Positions 46,453 to 58,325 of a stretch of 64,000 nucleotides of DNA are shown piece by piece; positions within the stretch are counted from its first letter, which is position 1, and each line of letters starts with the position of its first letter. A program made the translations under genes and the position numbers. The notes beneath the pieces are model-generated. The model did not search any database and was not told the origin of the DNA. It saw nothing but the letters and a program-made list of their open reading frames with translations. Source of the DNA: Asterionella formosa (Eukaryota); contig NKIB01012547.1 in NCBI GenBank assembly GCA_002256025.1, forward strand, positions 1 through 64,000, in the 5' to 3' direction.

Positions 46453-47176
46453 NNNNNNNNNNNNNNNNNNNNNNNNNNNNNNNNNNNNNNNNNNNNNNNN
46501 NNNNNNNNNNNNNNNNNNNNNNNNNNNNNNNNNNNNNNNNNNNNNNNNNNNNNNNNNNNNNNNNNNNNNNNNNNNNNNNNNNNNNNNNNNNNNNNNNNNN
46601 NNNNNNNNNNNNNNNNNNNNNNNNNNNNNNNNNNNNNNNNNNNNNNNNNNNNNNNNNNNNNNNNNNNNNNNNNNNNNNNNNNNNNNNNNNNNNNNNNNNN
46701 NNNNNNNNNNNNNNNNNNNNNNNNNNNNNNNNNNNNNNNNNNNNNNNNNNNNNNNNNNNNNNNNNNNNNNNNNNNNNNNNNNNNNNNNNNNNNNNNNNNN
46801 NNNNNNNNNNNNNNNNNNNNNNNNNNNNNNNNNNNNNNNNNNNNNNNNNNNNNNNNNNNNNNNNNNNNNNNNNNNNNNNNNNNNNNNNNNNNNNNNNNNN
46901 NNNNNNNNNNNNNNNNNNNNNNNNNNNNNNNNNNNNNNNNNNNNNNNNNNNNNNNNNNNNNNNNNNNNNNNNNNNNNNNNNNNNNNNNNNNNNNNNNNNN
47001 NNNNNNNNNNNNNNNNNNNNNNNNNNNNNNNNNNNNNNNNNNNNNNNNNNNNNNNNNNNNNNNNNNNNNNNNNNNNNNNNNNNNNNNNNNNNNNNNNNNN
47101 NNNNNNNNNNNNNNNNNNNNNNNNNNNNNNNNNNNNNNNNNNNNNNNNNNNNNNNNNNNNNNNNNNNNNNNNNNNN
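46453..47176. other. Assembly gap
   Basis: Run of N. Confidence 1.
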
Positions 47177-47423
47177 TGGTACCAGGTACTGTGTCAACCG
47201 GTTCCATCGACAACCGTAGCGCGCTAGCAGGCAGCTGCAAAGTGCTAGCGAACCCGGAAGTTGACATATTCTTTGAAAAGATCGCAACTGTAGTGTCTAC
47301 GAGGGACTTGTACGAGGAGTACCGACGGACAAACAGTACCGAGCAATACGCACTTTGACGTCTTCTCTTGCTGCCCCTTCTGAGACAATGGCATACTCGA
47401 GTTGAAAAGAAAAGATTGCTACC

Positions 47424-47975
47424 ATGAAGTCCGTTATCGCCACCCTCTTCTGCATCCTTGCCTCCGCCGCGGCATTTGTCCCCCAGCAGGTCTCCAAGGG
47501 TATGTCTAATGGAACGCTCTTGCGTTGAGGTACTCAGATAACGTCGGACCCTTGCCAGCCTCGTTCCCGCATGTTGCAGTATGCATGCATCAATTGTCAC
47601 ACATCACGGAGGTTAAATCCACGAAGCTATGCATCGCGACTATCTTGTCAACAGATCTTCTTGTATTATTATTCTTATGCGAATGCATTGTGTACTCTGC
47701 GCATATTTTGCTAATAGTTTTTCTCTTTTTTTCTCGCAGTTGCCCTCAAGGCCGCCACTGCTTCGCTTCCGGTCGCTGCCTTTTCAGCCCCAGCTTTTGC
47801 CCTTGACTCCATCGTCGAGGCGCTTCCTACTCAGACTGTTGCCCTTGAGGTTCAGTTCGGCGCCTACCTTGCCATTCTTCTCGGAACCTTCCTCCCTGCT
47901 CTTTTCTTGATCAACCTTTTTGTCCAGACCGAATCTCGTAAGGCAGGAAAGGCTGGTGGACAGGACTCCGAGTAA
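47424..47975 (+). CDS. psbM: Nucleus-encoded photosystem II subunit PsbM; exons 47424-47499 and 47740-47975
   Basis: MKSVIATLFCILASAAA-FVP...PAFA...LEVQFGAYLAILLGTFLPALFLINLFVQTESRKAG. The mature part matches the PsbM pattern EV...A..L....P..FL..L.VQT. Confidence 0.88.
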
Positions 47976-48574
47976 ATAGGAGTTTCAACTAAAATCCATG
48001 CTAGAAAGTAATAGAGTTTGACTTGGGACTTCCGATTGACATTATTCGAATTGCTGGCCGCTCTGATAGGCGAATCTTGCAACCACATTTCACGGCAATA
48101 GGATTTCAATTACACAACGTAATGTAAGGTTCTATATTATCGCCAAAACTAGTTGATTGTGGACCCTGACGGGATGTAGAAGATTCATTTACTTTCGTGA
48201 CAAGTACAAACAACGTTAGCCAAGGCATTGACATTGTCATTAGCTAAAGTTCTACCGGTAGTTTGCTCTCATGGGACAACCCAAGGGATCGAAAGCAACG
48301 ACATTCTTGCTTGTACTGGCTACAATGTCCTACGAGTGAGAAAGTAGTCCTTGTAAGTACAGGAAGTATACAAACGAGAATTGAAGTGCTACATTTTCGG
48401 ATTATTCGGTAGTTTCTCACGACGTTGCTTTCACTTTGGTTGAATGAAATGACTACCGGTATTCAGGGCACGGAAAAAGCGATATTTTCCCCACGTGGTT
48501 CCTCTCCATTTTCGATTACCCAACGTACGCACAGCTCAAGGCCAAGAATAAATGTAAAAGTTAAACAATCTATC

Positions 48575-50922
48575 TCAGTTTCTACCGACTCCTGATCTTC
48601 TCTTGCCTGATTTCGACTTGCTGCTCTTCCGGACAGCACGTCCACCTGTGTATCTTGCAGTAGTCTCCCAGATATCAAAGGGCATCAATGGAGGACGGAT
48701 AGAAATTCCAATGCCTTTAGGCACCATTATTCTAAGCTTAGCCTTTCCTGAACCAGTTACAGCCACCCAACCAAGACCACGGAGGGTAATGTCTGCTGCG
48801 GCTTCCTTCCATCCAATTCCGTCAATTTCTACAATGTGTTCCTCGAACTCTCCAATTTGAGCCATTCGCTCGGGACCGGGTTCTAGAGGTGGAGTGAGCA
48901 TTTTCCCAGCATGAGCTTCAATGAACGATTCCGCACGAGAAGAGTCTGTTGGATGAAGCTTGATCCCATTGGCGACGTAAAATGTGAAGAGAAAAGGCAA
49001 GGTGTCCCCAATTACTTCAATCCTAGCAAGTCCACCAACCAGCACACATTTTCCAGCGCCAAAGCGGAAAGTAATCGGCTCTACTTTTCTGTAAATAAAG
49101 GGAAGATTTGAGTCAGGAATCAGGTACACGCGTCGAATACCATAATTGAATTTTCCATATTGCCTTACTTCTTTGGCACAACGATTTTTAGTTCTTCCGG
49201 GGTCAGCAGCTGTGTCAACGTTCCTGGAATCAAGAGACCGGGTGTATCATACATTACTTGTCCATCTCCCAACTTGATTTTGATAAACTTTAGTGTAGTT
49301 CCTGGAAGAGGACTTGTTGTTAACATGCCCTTGCGTGCTGTCTCGTTTCCTGGACGTTTCTTGCTCAATTCTTCCTTCTTTTCTGGAGTCATATCATTTC
49401 TTTCCAGAACATGATTGATGAAAGAGCTCTTGCCGGCATTTGCTGCACCGACGACGTAGATTTCGCATTGCATCTCGTCTGCTAATGTTCTTGCCCTGCG
49501 TAGTAGATCAGCTATTCCAAATCCTGTCTTGCAACTTATGAGTCGAACAGATCCACCGATATTGGCGATCGATTGGACGCGCAAGTATTCCAGTTCTCGT
49601 CGAACCCAGTTCTGCGCACGATTTGGGCCCAGTTTATCAGGCAAGAGATCAGCCTTATTCGCGGCAAGCAGAACGGGGTTGTTTCCAGCTATACTATCAA
49701 GCTCGGGAAGTACTGATCCGCTGAAATCGAATAGGTCCACGATAGCGATGATGACTGCTGGCTTTTCTTTGAGAGGCAAGAGCAAGTCTCTAAATTGCTT
49801 TTGTGAAAGCAATGGTTCGTCCGTCCAACCTGGACGAAGAGCTTCCTCTACCTTGCCAAAGTTCTGAAGTCCATGGCATCGTTTGCAAATAACTTTCTTC
49901 TTTGAAAGCTCTACAAGGTCAAGGCCCATTTGCTCTGCTGCCGAATCGATATCAAGCATGGCAAAGTCATCAAATTCGCCAGATGTCGACTTCCCGTCAC
50001 TGGCTTTGAGAAGGTAATCGACTTCATCTTCGGACGACCATTCCACGCTATTCTCGGCCTTTTCTTGCAATTTTTGCATTTGTTCTATCTTGGCTAGTTT
50101 TCTCTGTATTTCATGCTTTTCTGGAGGAAGGTATCCAGGTTTAGTCTCGCGTTGTGATTGAAAATCCGATCCACAGGCAGAACAAGTGAGAGCATTTGCA
50201 GTGAGTTTGAACTGCTCTTTACGAGGAGTTTCGTCGTTTCCGAATGGATTCACTTCCCGTTTGTATCCGAGCTTCTTCAATTGATCGAAGGTGGCTACAT
50301 CAGAAAATTTGTCAAGTCCTTTTGGCACTGAAATGGTACCAAGGTCCATGTCGCGTTGAGCGGCAGCGATTCGCTCTTCCATTGTTTGTCCAGGTTCGCT
50401 AAAATCGAGGAAATCATCGTCGTCGTCGTCGTCATGATCAAATGACATGTCCTGGTCCAAATCTTCATCATCGTCCGCTTCAAGATCACCATTGAGATCA
50501 TCACCGTCGCCAATTTCGAAGTCATCCTCAAATGTAGCATCGTCGGCATAAATTGCTGTTGAGGCGTCGAAGCCATCCTTTGTGGCCAGCTCATCAAAGG
50601 CAGCTGATAGCCGGTCTGCATTTTCTTGAGTTATGTTAGGGTTGAGCTTCCACTTGGTTATCTTCTTCTGCTTTGGTTTCGTCTTCGGTTTGCCCTTGCT
50701 TCTCTCACCATCAAAATTCGATGCAAATAGCCGCCCTTGGAAAGGCGTTGTTGATCCAAGAAAACTTGGCCCAGGAGAGGATAGAACCCTCAATCGATGA
50801 TGCGCGAAAGCGGCTGCAAATCTGGATCTTAGCATGGTTGCACAAATTATAAATAGAGCAATCTTTAAGTTGTTGTTTTGAACACCAAATCGCCCTGTCT
50901 TATCGTTGTTAATATGCTGCAT
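48575..50922 (-). CDS. YqeH/NOA1/BPG2-like circularly permuted GTPase, organellar; intron ~49088-49167
   Basis: CSACG..CKRC zinc motif, VDLFDF, NKAD (G4), SCK (G5), GAANAGKS (G1), PGTT (G2), DTPG (G3), GGLARI, GLGWV. Confidence 0.92.
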
Positions 50923-52330
50923 CTAGCGACAATTGTTCGTTGGAAAGCAAAATGTAGCACACTGATGCCTGCTCTTATTGATGAGAGCAAAGTCCAGTAC
51001 AGATGATCAGGCAAGGAAGAAGTATTGGGAATGATGATAACCCTGCATTAGTGGATAGAGGCGACTTCGAGTAGGAACGATAAGAGGGTGGCTGATAACA
51101 AAAGCTCGATTGATATTGCTCCCCCGGGAGAACTTCTGCCAGGCAAGAAATGTTTGTCCTCCTCCCCTTAACAATTTCTATTTGGTCCTCTTCTTTCCCG
51201 CTCATCATTTCAATCATTTCAACAACGACTCATTTCTAAATTGATGGCTGGTTCTTTCTTGCATTCAAGCCTGAAGCTCAGAACCTATTATCTCCGCGTG
51301 AGCGAACGTCAAGCAAGCAACCACGAAAGAATTCTGCCCTTGTTACTAATTTCTACTGCGTACCCGTACCGGTAGCTATCATACCGGTATGTGGTACCGG
51401 TATTTACTTTGCTTGTTATGTAGTATTCATGGCTGTTGGTATCATTCCTCACCTTTTCTTCTACTGTACGGAAAATTCTACCCGTAGTGGAAGCTAGTGC
51501 ATTAGCAATTAACTACCGGTAGCACCGTGTACAAAGCTAGTAAGGGAAAAGTACCCGTCGGTTCATCACCAGTCATGCATTGCGTAGGAATACCGATACA
51601 TACATGTATGCTGACAATGGTTAATCATAGATACTCCGTATATGAAATAGAGCTTTCAAGGTGAAAATATTCTGAGGATATGTTTACTGGTGATGGTTAT
51701 GATAAGTCTTTAGGCATCTTTACAAGTGCAAGAACATGTAGGCCACCACAACTGTTTAACAAAACAATATATAGTGCAGCTTCAAGTTTGGATGAAAAAC
51801 TATTTGCTGATAGGCAATATTGCATGTCAAACTGGGTCACATAAAATGGCTATGATCTCCATGACTGTGTGTTCTACTCCGGATTACCAGGTACTTGAAA
51901 ACTGATTACCAGTACATCGTATCTATCCCTTTTTATCATTTACAATAAAGTTCGTATTGCTGCCTTAGTTCAAATTTTATCTTTTAAGAAACTTTGATAA
52001 TTTTAATCATAAGATGGGGTGATAAAACAATGGCTCTGTTTTTAGGTGGTACCCTGGTATCTTGATTTAGCTACCCACTATATCTTACAGCAAATTTATC
52101 CTGCTTGTTCGCTTTTATAGGGTACATCTTCTTTATTTGGTTTTTCTGTTGGTTCCTGCCATGTAGTAGTTGATGATTGACACTGAGTATATGAGTCACC
52201 TCCTTATTATTAAACCATTGGCAATGAAGCTTGTAGAATTATGGCGTCTATGGTACATGGTACACTTTGTCCGCCTCCCAACATGATAAATATGCTCAAT
52301 ATTTAACATCGTCAACGTTGTTGCCCAAAC

Positions 52331-54175
52331 TTATCTAGTTATTGACCGAACGATTGATGCTCGTTTGAGCTCCACACTTTTACCGTTCATATCATCAGTT
52401 TCTGGTCCCCAGCCACCATTGTTGCCGACACTGTGGTGGACCCCATGGATGCAATAATAAAGGGTTGCTAAAAGCAACACAAGAAGAAACCCGACAAGCC
52501 CAATAATCTCCAGTTGAGAGGTAAGGTAGTAATTGATCAAGATCCCAGCGCATGGCCAAAATGGGACAAACGGAGTTCGAAAGTACCCTTCATCGAATCG
52601 AATGTATCCTTTGGGGCGGTTGCGATGACCACCAAAGATATCCGATTTTGGACACCACCAGTACAGACCCATCATGGAAACAATCATGATCAATGGGGCA
52701 GTGCACGATATCATTGCGCCAACGTAGGTGTGCGCAAAATGAGTAAAAGCAATGCAAGCTACGAGAGCAGCAAGGTGAAACACCATCATCAAGCTCTCTG
52801 CTAACAAAGGAGAGTCGTCTGGTGATTCATGCCAGAGAAGAATCAATGCCGTGTCTGTCATACTTAAGGCCATTAATACTGCAGCCGATATCATGTCATT
52901 GAGGTGATCGAAAGGCACACAAGTAGCGGTAAGTACCATTAAAGCCCCAGCAACAACAGTGCCCTTGAACAGATTCCCGCCAGAGTCCACGTCAGCAAAA
53001 AAAGCAGGAAGTAGCCCATCTTGAGCAAGGGCATACTGTAATCGAGGCTGGCCAATAATAGTTAAAGGGACAACGACTGGAAGAGTGATGAGTTCTCCCC
53101 ACGCACTGATTTGAGCGGCCCAAGCTGCACCAACATTCTGAAACGCTGCAGGGAATCCCGACACTGAGGATATGTCATCGTAGGACTGCATACCTGTCAA
53201 GGAGAATGTAGCGATAATGTATAGTACTGTAACACTGCCAAGTGTGATCATGATGGCTAGGGGTAGGTTTCGTTTCGGATTGAGAGCCTCGCCTGCTAGA
53301 CAACAGACTTCGTCGTACCCCAGATAGCCAAAGAAAGTTGCTGTTGACCCTCGAAGAACACCAGCAACGCCATAGCCAGGAGGAATGAAAGGTTTGTAGT
53401 TCGTTGTGTCAAGGAAGAAGAAACCAGCGATAACCATGAATGCAACAATTGCACACTTCGTGAAAGTAAAAAAGTTCGTGACAGCTTTGCTCTCCTTGAC
53501 TCCATTCATGAGCAACAACGTCGATGCCAGAGTAATGATAAACGCGAGTGGGCTGATTGGGTCCAGGTCAAGGTACTTGTTAACCCAGTGTCCTTGTTGC
53601 ACCTCTTGTGACAAATAAAGAACTACCTTGTCTGCCCACGATCGAGCCACGGCCGAAGCTGCCATGACATATTCAAGCGTAAGGCACGTTGCTGCGAGAA
53701 CAGCGGGAAGCTCTCCCATGCTAACGAAACAATAAGCATAGGCTGATCCAGCAGCAGGGACACGCGATGCCATTTCGGCGTAGCAGCATCCACTGACACA
53801 AGCCGCTAGTCCGGAAAGTGCCCAACTAATTGCACTTGATGGCCCTGCATAGTCATGTGCCACCAACCCGCACAGAACAAATAGACCAGAGCCGACGGTG
53901 CCCCCAATTCCTATCGATACCAAGTCAAGAAGCGATAGATGGCGTTCTAATGTGCTCTTCTTTGTTGTTTCCACGGCTCCACCTGGTTCGATGTTTTGAT
54001 ACGAATGCGAGGATTGAGAAGGATTGATCAGCCGCGTCCTCTCATCTGACTCTTTGTGTTGAACCGTGTGAAGCGGTTTTCTGATCCAAGGGCTAGTCGG
54101 CATTGAAGGATTATTTTCGGAGAATGTATCTAGTGTGATTAATGATGATTTATGCTTTAAAGAAAGAATTGGCAT
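52331..54175 (-). CDS. Cationic amino acid transporter (APC family)
   Basis: LERHLSLLDLVSIGIGGTVGSG, CYAEMASRVPAAGSAY, FFGYLGYD, EALNPKRNLP, FRTPFVPFWP. Confidence 0.93.
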   Translation of the reverse strand: MPILSLKHKSSLITLDTFSENNPSMPTSPWIRKPLHTVQHKESDERTRLINPSQSSHSYQNIEPGGAVETTKKSTLERHLSLLDLVSIGIGGTVGSGLFVLCGLVAHDYAGPSSAISWALSGLAACVSGCCYAEMASRVPAAGSAYAYCFVSMGELPAVLAATCLTLEYVMAASAVARSWADKVVLYLSQEVQQGHWVNKYLDLDPISPLAFIITLASTLLLMNGVKESKAVTNFFTFTKCAIVAFMVIAGFFFLDTTNYKPFIPPGYGVAGVLRGSTATFFGYLGYDEVCCLAGEALNPKRNLPLAIMITLGSVTVLYIIATFSLTGMQSYDDISSVSGFPAAFQNVGAAWAAQISAWGELITLPVVVPLTIIGQPRLQYALAQDGLLPAFFADVDSGGNLFKGTVVAGALMVLTATCVPFDHLNDMISAAVLMALSMTDTALILLWHESPDDSPLLAESLMMVFHLAALVACIAFTHFAHTYVGAMISCTAPLIMIVSMMGLYWWCPKSDIFGGHRNRPKGYIRFDEGYFRTPFVPFWPCAGILINYYLTSQLEIIGLVGFLLVLLLATLYYCIHGVHHSVGNNGGWGPETDDMNGKSVELKRASIVRSITR

Positions 54176-55207
54176 GGTGTTGGTGCAACGAGAAGCCACT
54201 CTGTGATACACTGATCTGAGCACACCGGTATAGTACGGGATAAATAATATTCATGTGAACAAAATGCAATCATGCATTGGCCTTGTTGTATTTGCTTTGT
54301 TGCCATTACCAGGTACCGTATTTCATACTTGTGTGGTCATTAGCTCGAGTCACGAGGATTGTGGACTCGATTGTAATCCAACGAGTCGAATCTTGCATTG
54401 CCACTTCAATCAGCTATCTAACAAGATCAAAGATTGAAAATGGAAATGGAAAAATGAAGTGGAAATTCGAAGAGAGACTTAGAACGACGTTGCGGGAAGC
54501 AAATATGCACAGAAAGGAAACATTTAGTTTAGCTTATAATTTTAGATCATCAATTGAGGAAAAAGTGTGTTAATTGACAGAAAGGTTAATTAGTTTATCT
54601 AGCAGGAAGGCTAGAAGCAGAGGAGAGAGAAAATTAAGTGGTACTCCATACTAGGTAGTACTACTAGCATCTAAGAGTCTACATTTTAAAAAAAACCAGC
54701 CTGCAGGAAGGAGTATGGACCTTTTTAACCTACAGTACGGAGTAAGTATTAGTCAATGGTCTATGATAGCTAAATTCTCTTTGTCCTGAATATGTTGGGT
54801 TGACCCTATGCACAGCAGCGTTCTACTAGTAAATGGATTGGGTCCCAATGTATCCAAAAGCCTCCTATCACACCTCCATTCCAACTCCCACCAATCAATT
54901 CTAGTACCTGGTACTGGTTCTGGTTCTAACAGCTCAACCTTGACAGCATGCTCATTAAAATAAAGCCTTCATCTGGAGGAGAAGGTCAAGTTTAGACATA
55001 ACAGTTCAGGTCAAACCTAACACAGCAAGCGAGTGGTTTCATGCTTTACAGCTTTCTTTGAAGAAATAACGAGGTACATACATTACTATGAGATAAAAAT
55101 TTAAAAATGAATGCATTGTTTACTAATTATTTTATACAGTCCGTAGAAACTGATTCATCTCCCAACGGTGAAACTAAAGAGTACATCCCTGCTACTTAAT
55201 GGAGCGC

Positions 55208-56864
55208 TTATATCATTTCGATATAGTTTCCTCCTGCAGACGATTTCTTCCCCGTTTCAGTCCATGGTTTAATGTTGCTTTCGGCCTCCTCCTCCTCCTG
55301 GATGCTCAACATTGTGCTGACTGGATTGGCATTGTCCAAACTTGAAATCGTCTCCGGCATGCAAAACAGGTAGAGAAAAGCTGGCAACATCGATAGGAAC
55401 ATAAGAATGAAGAAGGCCTCCTTATAGCCAATATCTTGGGCCAGAGCTTCGCCCAAGTACCCAGAAACTGTTCCACCAATGGAGAGTGCTGCTGTTGTGA
55501 GTCCCAATGTGAAACTGAAACGTCCAGTGCCCCCGCTGATGTCGCTCGTTACCAAAATGTACATAGTTCCAAAGGTTCCAGCACCAATGCCATCCAAGAT
55601 TTGCGTGGAAAGAATAAGAATTTGCATAAAGTGTGAAGCATCACCACCTTCAACCATACCGACAAGTGTCGTCAGAATAAGGCAACGCACTGGGACGGAG
55701 AAAAGGCCAATCAGGAAAAGTAGTTTTCTTCCATAAACACCCGAGTATTGGCCGCAGATCTTCGCACTCATGACCATAAAGATCTGAGCGACTATGATAC
55801 ACAGGCCACTCATCAGAATGCCACTTCGACCATGGCCAATTGCAAGGCTCTGCATGACCAAGGGTAGGACTGTTCCATTGGCGACTTGAAAGAGAAAGAC
55901 AATCAGTATAAAGGTCATCAGCGTTGGGTCACGAAGGACTTGAAGAGGGGATTCAGCATGCAAGCCGTCTCCCTGCTCTGTCTGGGCTCCGAAACCGAAA
56001 TTGAAACTTGGTGTAGTTTGAACGCCCTTCCCAATGCTATTTGCGGAGTTCAGTGGTGACTGGAGTTTGCCCTTACTCGAACTATTTCCATCAGAGTTGG
56101 AATTTGTCAAGGGAGGAAGGTCAACGGGCTTCTTTTGCAAGATAAGACCACGGGCAGCTTCGTGATCGATATCTTCTGCCTTTATCTGGTTCAAGAACCA
56201 AACAAAACCGATAAAAGCGATGGGGCTGACAATAAATAGTGCTCCGATATTTGGGAACAGGCAGAACGCAATGAGCGAAGCAGACAAAACAATAATCGCA
56301 GTACCCAAATGATTCATCATTTCATTCATAGAAACTTGAGCCGTCATGCCAACAGCGCCGACGATTCCTTGAGTGATACTGTTCAAACCTGGTGGGATAA
56401 GAGATGTCACCGCACCCTGCAAAAACTTGACAAACACCATGAGCCAGAGGTTCCCACCCCCGTATTCTGCAAACACAGCAGTAAATATAGTCAAGGCAGT
56501 TGTAGCAAAACCAGCAAGGGAGAGCCACAAAGTCTTTCTCGCGGTGTAATCCATCAAATAGCCTGCAGGTGTTTGGAAAAGGAATTGCGACATCCCGAAA
56601 ACAAAGAAGAGTATTCCTACTTGCTTTTCACTGTATCCTTTAGACACAATCAGAAAGGCGCTTTGCATATTGATCTGCGAAAAGAAGTACGAGTGTATCA
56701 GATGAAGTGCATGGACCAGCATTGCCTTCCTTCCATACACGATTGAGTGCTCGTTGCCGTACCATTGTTAAGCCATCGCGCAGTTCTCCAAGAAACAAAG
56801 CCGCCCATCGCAGAGCGCCTTTGGCATCATCTGCCTTCGGTCGAAGTTTTGGTAAAATTGCCAT
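55208..56864 (-). CDS. MFS transporter (MFS_1); intron ~56677-56761
   Basis: Exon 1 MAILPK...ALFLGELRDGLTM; exon 2 QTPAGYLMD, FLFQVANGTVLP, YGRK, QILDGIGAG, GTGRFS, MPET. Confidence 0.87.
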
Positions 56865-58325
56865 GGTTCTCAATGCAATCAACTTTGAGGTCGACTTCGA
56901 TAAAGTGAGAAGCGGCAATCGTCCAATTGAAGACTTTAATGACTAGACTACCCAGCGTCTTGGACCCATTATTTGTACCACCTGCTACCACTGGTTTATT
57001 TAGAGATGAATCCAATAACCGCTATGCCCGTACATAGATTTGGTCTCGACAACTGGCCAGCGTGGACTTGACTGCCCGGCTGGGGATGACGTTGAGTTTT
57101 CCGTTGAGATCATTGAATGTCAATGGCGATGTATACTGTAGTTACAAAGCAGGCCAGCAAGGAGGGGCCTCTGAATATCCTGCCAGTTCGTGCAGCTCGT
57201 ACACGTTCATTCAACCGTTGGAATCTGAAGCACGTGTAGTTAACTGCCATACGTAAGAGTGTTTCCTGGTACCAGGTACCTGGTACCAGTAGGTAACGGG
57301 AGTGTTCCACAAACAGATAATGTTACGGGGGGGACATACCGGTACTCTATGATACCAAGGTACCCAGTACCAGTACCTGACAGTATCAGGTCGGAATTAT
57401 CACATGTCGCATGCCACATACCGGTAGTCCCTATATTTTAGTCAATGCTATCTGTGAAAAATAGACGCTGTGTGCCTGCATGTTACTATTCGTTAACCAC
57501 ACAGCCATGCCCTTTATGAGCATGGCGCAGATTCCTTCTTGAGTTGCTGAGACTTCCCGTTAAGCTATCGTTCAAGATGATATCACTGTCAGTTCATCCA
57601 TGCTCGAAATAAAAACATATCTTAAGTACGGCATTGATATAGCATATAAACATGGTCAAGCTTTCATTGCATTCATCAATTGTCGCTCCCATTTTCCCAA
57701 TCCGTATCATATCTACAAAATAGGGGAGATGTGTGTAAATCTCCATCGGGTGAACAGAAATGGGATATGTTCAATTATATAGCACCCTTGTCTCCTCAGT
57801 AACGGTGGCAGTTTATTTTGAAATATACCCGTGGGGATTGATTTTATTGGTTGCTTGGGCATGAAATAACGGTCGTAGTCGTCAGGGTGTTACCATTCCC
57901 CAGCACATGATTGCAGCTCTAGAGCAAGCGAGACTAGACTGGATTTGCAGAGATTGAATATCATGTCTAAACGATAGGTGATGCAGGTGATAGCGATCTA
58001 CGACAGCAGCTACCGAAACTAATTGTCCCTGGTACCAGATACGGTATAGTATAGGTTACATGTATAGCAGGAATATCGAGTACAACAACTGAAGTTTGGG
58101 AAATAGTGCAGTATATAAGAAAACGCTCCAATTTTATCGCGTTTTTATGTATTCAAATATGATCAATGAATGACAATCAAGTCTAAATGTTGCCCAAATA
58201 ACGTTCACGGCGACCTCATTTTTGCTCGATAGTACCCGGTTCACGAGCAATGTATGCAATCAACAAGAAAAAGCATTTTATCTGAACTAAATAGAACTAG
58301 AATAGCATTTGGACAAACTGTTTCC

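Noticed and set aside
51031..51096. C/D box snoRNA (ATGATGA...CTGA)
   Set aside because: No terminal stem and no recognisable rRNA guide.
54793..55022. Possible TIR pair TGTTGGGTTGACC / GGTCAAACCTAACA
   Set aside because: Short, imperfect, single occurrence and no target duplication seen.
57520..57600. TPP riboswitch around CTGAGA
   Set aside because: The downstream ACCTGA and GxTAATxC elements are absent and no thiamine gene is adjacent.
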